This document shows positions 61,384 to 64,000 of a stretch of 64,000 bases of DNA, one piece after another. The stretch spans positions 128,001 through 192,000 of the forward strand of contig CAVVEU010000040.1 in the NCBI GenBank assembly GCA_963747235.1, written 5' to 3'. Both the position numbers and the translations under genes were made by a program. The DNA is from an uncultured Candidatus Rokubacteria bacterium. Lineage in GTDB: Bacteria > Methylomirabilota > Methylomirabilia > Rokubacteriales > CSP1-6. Each line of letters starts with the position of its first letter. Position 1 is the stretch's first letter. Below the pieces are notes generated by a model that saw nothing but the letters and a program-made list of their open reading frames with translations, was not told the origin of the DNA and searched no databases.

Positions 61384-63364
61384 CTCCCGAGCTCGGCTAC
61401 GCGCTGACGGTGGGCGCGCTCGTGCTGGCGCTGTACGGGGCCGGCGCCGCCGCGCTGGGCGCCTTGAAGGGCCGGCCCGAGCTGCAGGCTCTCGTCGGAG
61501 CGCGCGGCCATCGGCGTGTGGCTGCTGATCACCGCGTGCATGCTGCTGCTGGTCTACGCGTTCCTCACCTTCGACTTCTCGGTCCGCTACGTGGCCAACA
61601 ACACCAACCGCGGCACGCCCTTCTACTACCGCATCACCGCGCTCTGGGGCGCGCTCGAGGGCTCCATCATCCTCTGGGCGTGGATGCTCTCGCTCTACAC
61701 CCTGATCATGGTGGGCCGCTACCGCCGCACCCAGCCCCAGCTCTACCCGTGGGCGCTCGCGGTGATGCTCGGCATCTCCGCCTTCTTCCTCCTGGTGATG
61801 ACGATCCCGGCGCCGCCCTTCGAGCGCCTCTCGCCGATTCCCGCCGACGGCCGCGGGCTCAATCCGCTGCTGGAAGACTCCGGGATGATCACGCACCCGG
61901 TGGCGCTCTACCTCGGGTTCACCGGCTTCACGGTGCCGTTCGCCTTCGCGATGGCCGCGCTCATCGTCGGCCGCACCGGCGACGAGTGGATCACCATCAC
62001 CCGGCGCTGGACCATCATCGCCTGGTACTTCCTCTCGCTCGGCCTGCTGATCGGCGGCTGGTGGAGCTACCACGTGCTCGGGCTGGGGCGGCTACTGGGC
62101 GTGGGATCCGGTGGAGAACGCGGCCTTCATGCCGTGGCTCACCGCCACCGCGTTCCTGCACTCGGTGATGATCCAGGAGCGGCGGCGCATGCTGAAGCTC
62201 TGGAACCTGACGCTCATCATCCTGACCTTCAGCCTCACCCTGTTCGGCACCTTCCTCACCCGCTCCGGCATCATCGGCTCCGTGCACGCCTTCACCCAGG
62301 GCTCGATCGGCATCTTCTTCCTCGTGTTCCTCGCCCTGGTGCATGCTCGGCGCCTTCTCGCTGCTGGCCTGGCGGCTCGAGCGGCTGCGCGGCCAGAGCG
62401 AGCTCGACTCGATCTTCTCGCGCGAGTCCGCCTTCCTCCTGAACAACCTCTTCCTGATCGCGGCGGCCTTCACCGTGTTCTTCGGCACCGTGTTCCCGCT
62501 GCTCTCGGAGGCGGTGAAGGGCCAGAAGGTCAGCGTGGGCGCGCCGTTCTTCAACCTGGTGAACATCCCGATCTTCCTGGCCCTCATCTTCCTGATGGGC
62601 GTGGGCCCGCTGATCGCGTGGCGCCGCGCCTCCGCCGAGAACCTGCGCCGCAACTTCCTGCTGCCGGTGGTGATCGGGGTGGTGGGCGCCGCGCTCTGCC
62701 GCGCTCTTCGGCGTGGGCAATCTCCTGGTGCTGCTCTGCATGGGCCTCGTGGTGTTCGTGGCCGCCACCATCGCGCTCGACTTCTGGCGCGCCGCCCGCG
62801 CCCGCCGGCGCACCGGCGACGGCTGGCTCGACGCCACGTGGGGGCTGGCCCTGCGCCAGAACCGGCGCTACGGCGGCTTCATCGTCCACCTGGGCATCCT
62901 GGTCATCGCGCTCGGCGTGGCGGGCTCGCAGGCCTGGTCCACCCAGACCGAGGCCACCATCAACCGCGGCGCGAGCGTGGAGCTGGCCGGCTACAGCATC
63001 CGCTTCGACGACCTGCAGCCGGTGGAGGAGTCCAACCACTTCAAGGTGGTCGGCACCTTCACGGTCTCCGACCGCCGCGGCCCCTACACCGTGCTCACGC
63101 CGGCCAAGAAGTTCTACCCGCAGGAGCAGACGCCCGATCGCGGCGGTGGACTACCGCCTGGGCTTCATGGAGGACCTCTACCTCGTCCTGGGCGACTTCG
63201 CCCGCGACGGCTCCCACGCCACCGTCAAGGTGCAGATCAACCGCATGGTCTCCTGGCTCTGGATCGGCGGCCTGATCCTGACCCTGGGCGCCGCGCTCGC
63301 CATCGTGCCCGAGGCCCGGCGGACCGCGACCCGGCCGCGGCCGGATCACGCGGTCCCCGCATGA
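61380..63364 (+). CDS. ccmF: heme lyase CcmF (frameshifted)
   Basis: DFSVRYV, WGALEGS, GLNPLL, HP, WSY, W.WDPVENA, FLTRSG...SVHAF and YGGFIVHLG. Confidence 0.95.
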
Positions 63365-63902
63365 GCGCGCGCTCCCGCGCGCTGCGCTGGGCGATCCCGC
63401 TCGCGGTCGTGCCGGTGCTGGCGCTGCTGGCCTACGGCTTCCGCACCGACCCGCGCGACATCCCCTCGCCGCTGGTCGGCAAGCCCGCCTCGCCCTTCGC
63501 GCTGACCACCTTCGACGGCACGCCGGTGAGCCTCGAGGCCCTGCGCGGCAAGGTCGTGGTCGTCAACTTCTGGGCCTCGTGGTGCGTGCCCGCCTGCTAC
63601 GACGAGGCGCCGAGCCTCGAGCGCGCCTGGCAGGCCTACCGGGACCGCGGCGTCATGCTGATCGGCGTCAACATCCAGGACAAGGAGGAGCCGGCCCGCC
63701 GCTTCCTCGCCCAGTTCGGTCACACGTTCCCGAACGCGCCCGATCCCGTCCGGCCGCGTCTCGGTGGACTACGGCGTCTACGGCGTCCCGGAGACGTTCT
63801 TCATCGATCGCAAGGGCCGCGTGCGCTTCAAGCAGGTCGGCGCGCGTCACCGACGAGATCATGAAGCAGCAGGTCGAGAAGCTGCTGGCGGAGCCGGCAT
63901 GA
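63361..63902 (+). CDS. ccmG: thiol:disulfide interchange protein CcmG/TlpA (frameshifted)
   Basis: [26 protein letters not shown] and [13 protein letters not shown]. Confidence 0.88.
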
Positions 63903-64000
63903 GCCGCGCGCTGGCCCTGACCCTGCTCCTGATCGCGGCGCTCGCGGCGGCCGCGCCGCTCGGCGCCGCGCCGGTCAGCGAGGAGACCGTGCACGAGATC
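63899..64000 (+). CDS. ccmH: probable CcmH, 5' fragment at the window edge
   Basis: ATGA overlap with ccmG and a signal peptide; assigned by operon position only. Confidence 0.5.
   Translation, partial: MSRALALTLLLIAALAAAAPLGAAPVSEETVHEI

Overview
High-GC bacterial chromosome window. The style suggests a diderm soil lineage such as Rokubacteria/Methylomirabilota, but that is inference only. Many single-base frameshifts fall even in essential genes, pointing to an unpolished long-read assembly, so coordinates of broken genes are approximate. The main accessory feature is a complete Pel-type exopolysaccharide operon (7410-19963, minus strand) in which both PelA (hydrolase / deacetylase) and PelB (TPR / TPR+beta-barrel) are split into two genes. 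It is headed by an RsbW-like kinase-STAS fusion and followed by an ABC permease, an MFS transporter and an ABC ATPase. A 5-GAF/PAS hybrid kinase, a REC-PP2C phosphatase and an orphan solute-binding protein lie about 10 kb upstream. They are separated from the operon by a block with an exported caspase plus TPR pair, FecR and YVTN proteins and a DUF222-HNH element. Also present: two inverted copies of a ~135-nt structured element with a conserved core and different but perfectly paired arms (39369-39773); a 2-AEP-type ABC operon interrupted by recQ; a glutamine-synthetase-like gene; a site-2 protease; a dsRBD-less RNase III; the yceD-rpmF-plsX-fabH-fabD-fabG-acpP-fabF cluster; htpX; and the ccmABCDEFGH operon. 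No rRNA, tRNA or CRISPR array was seen.
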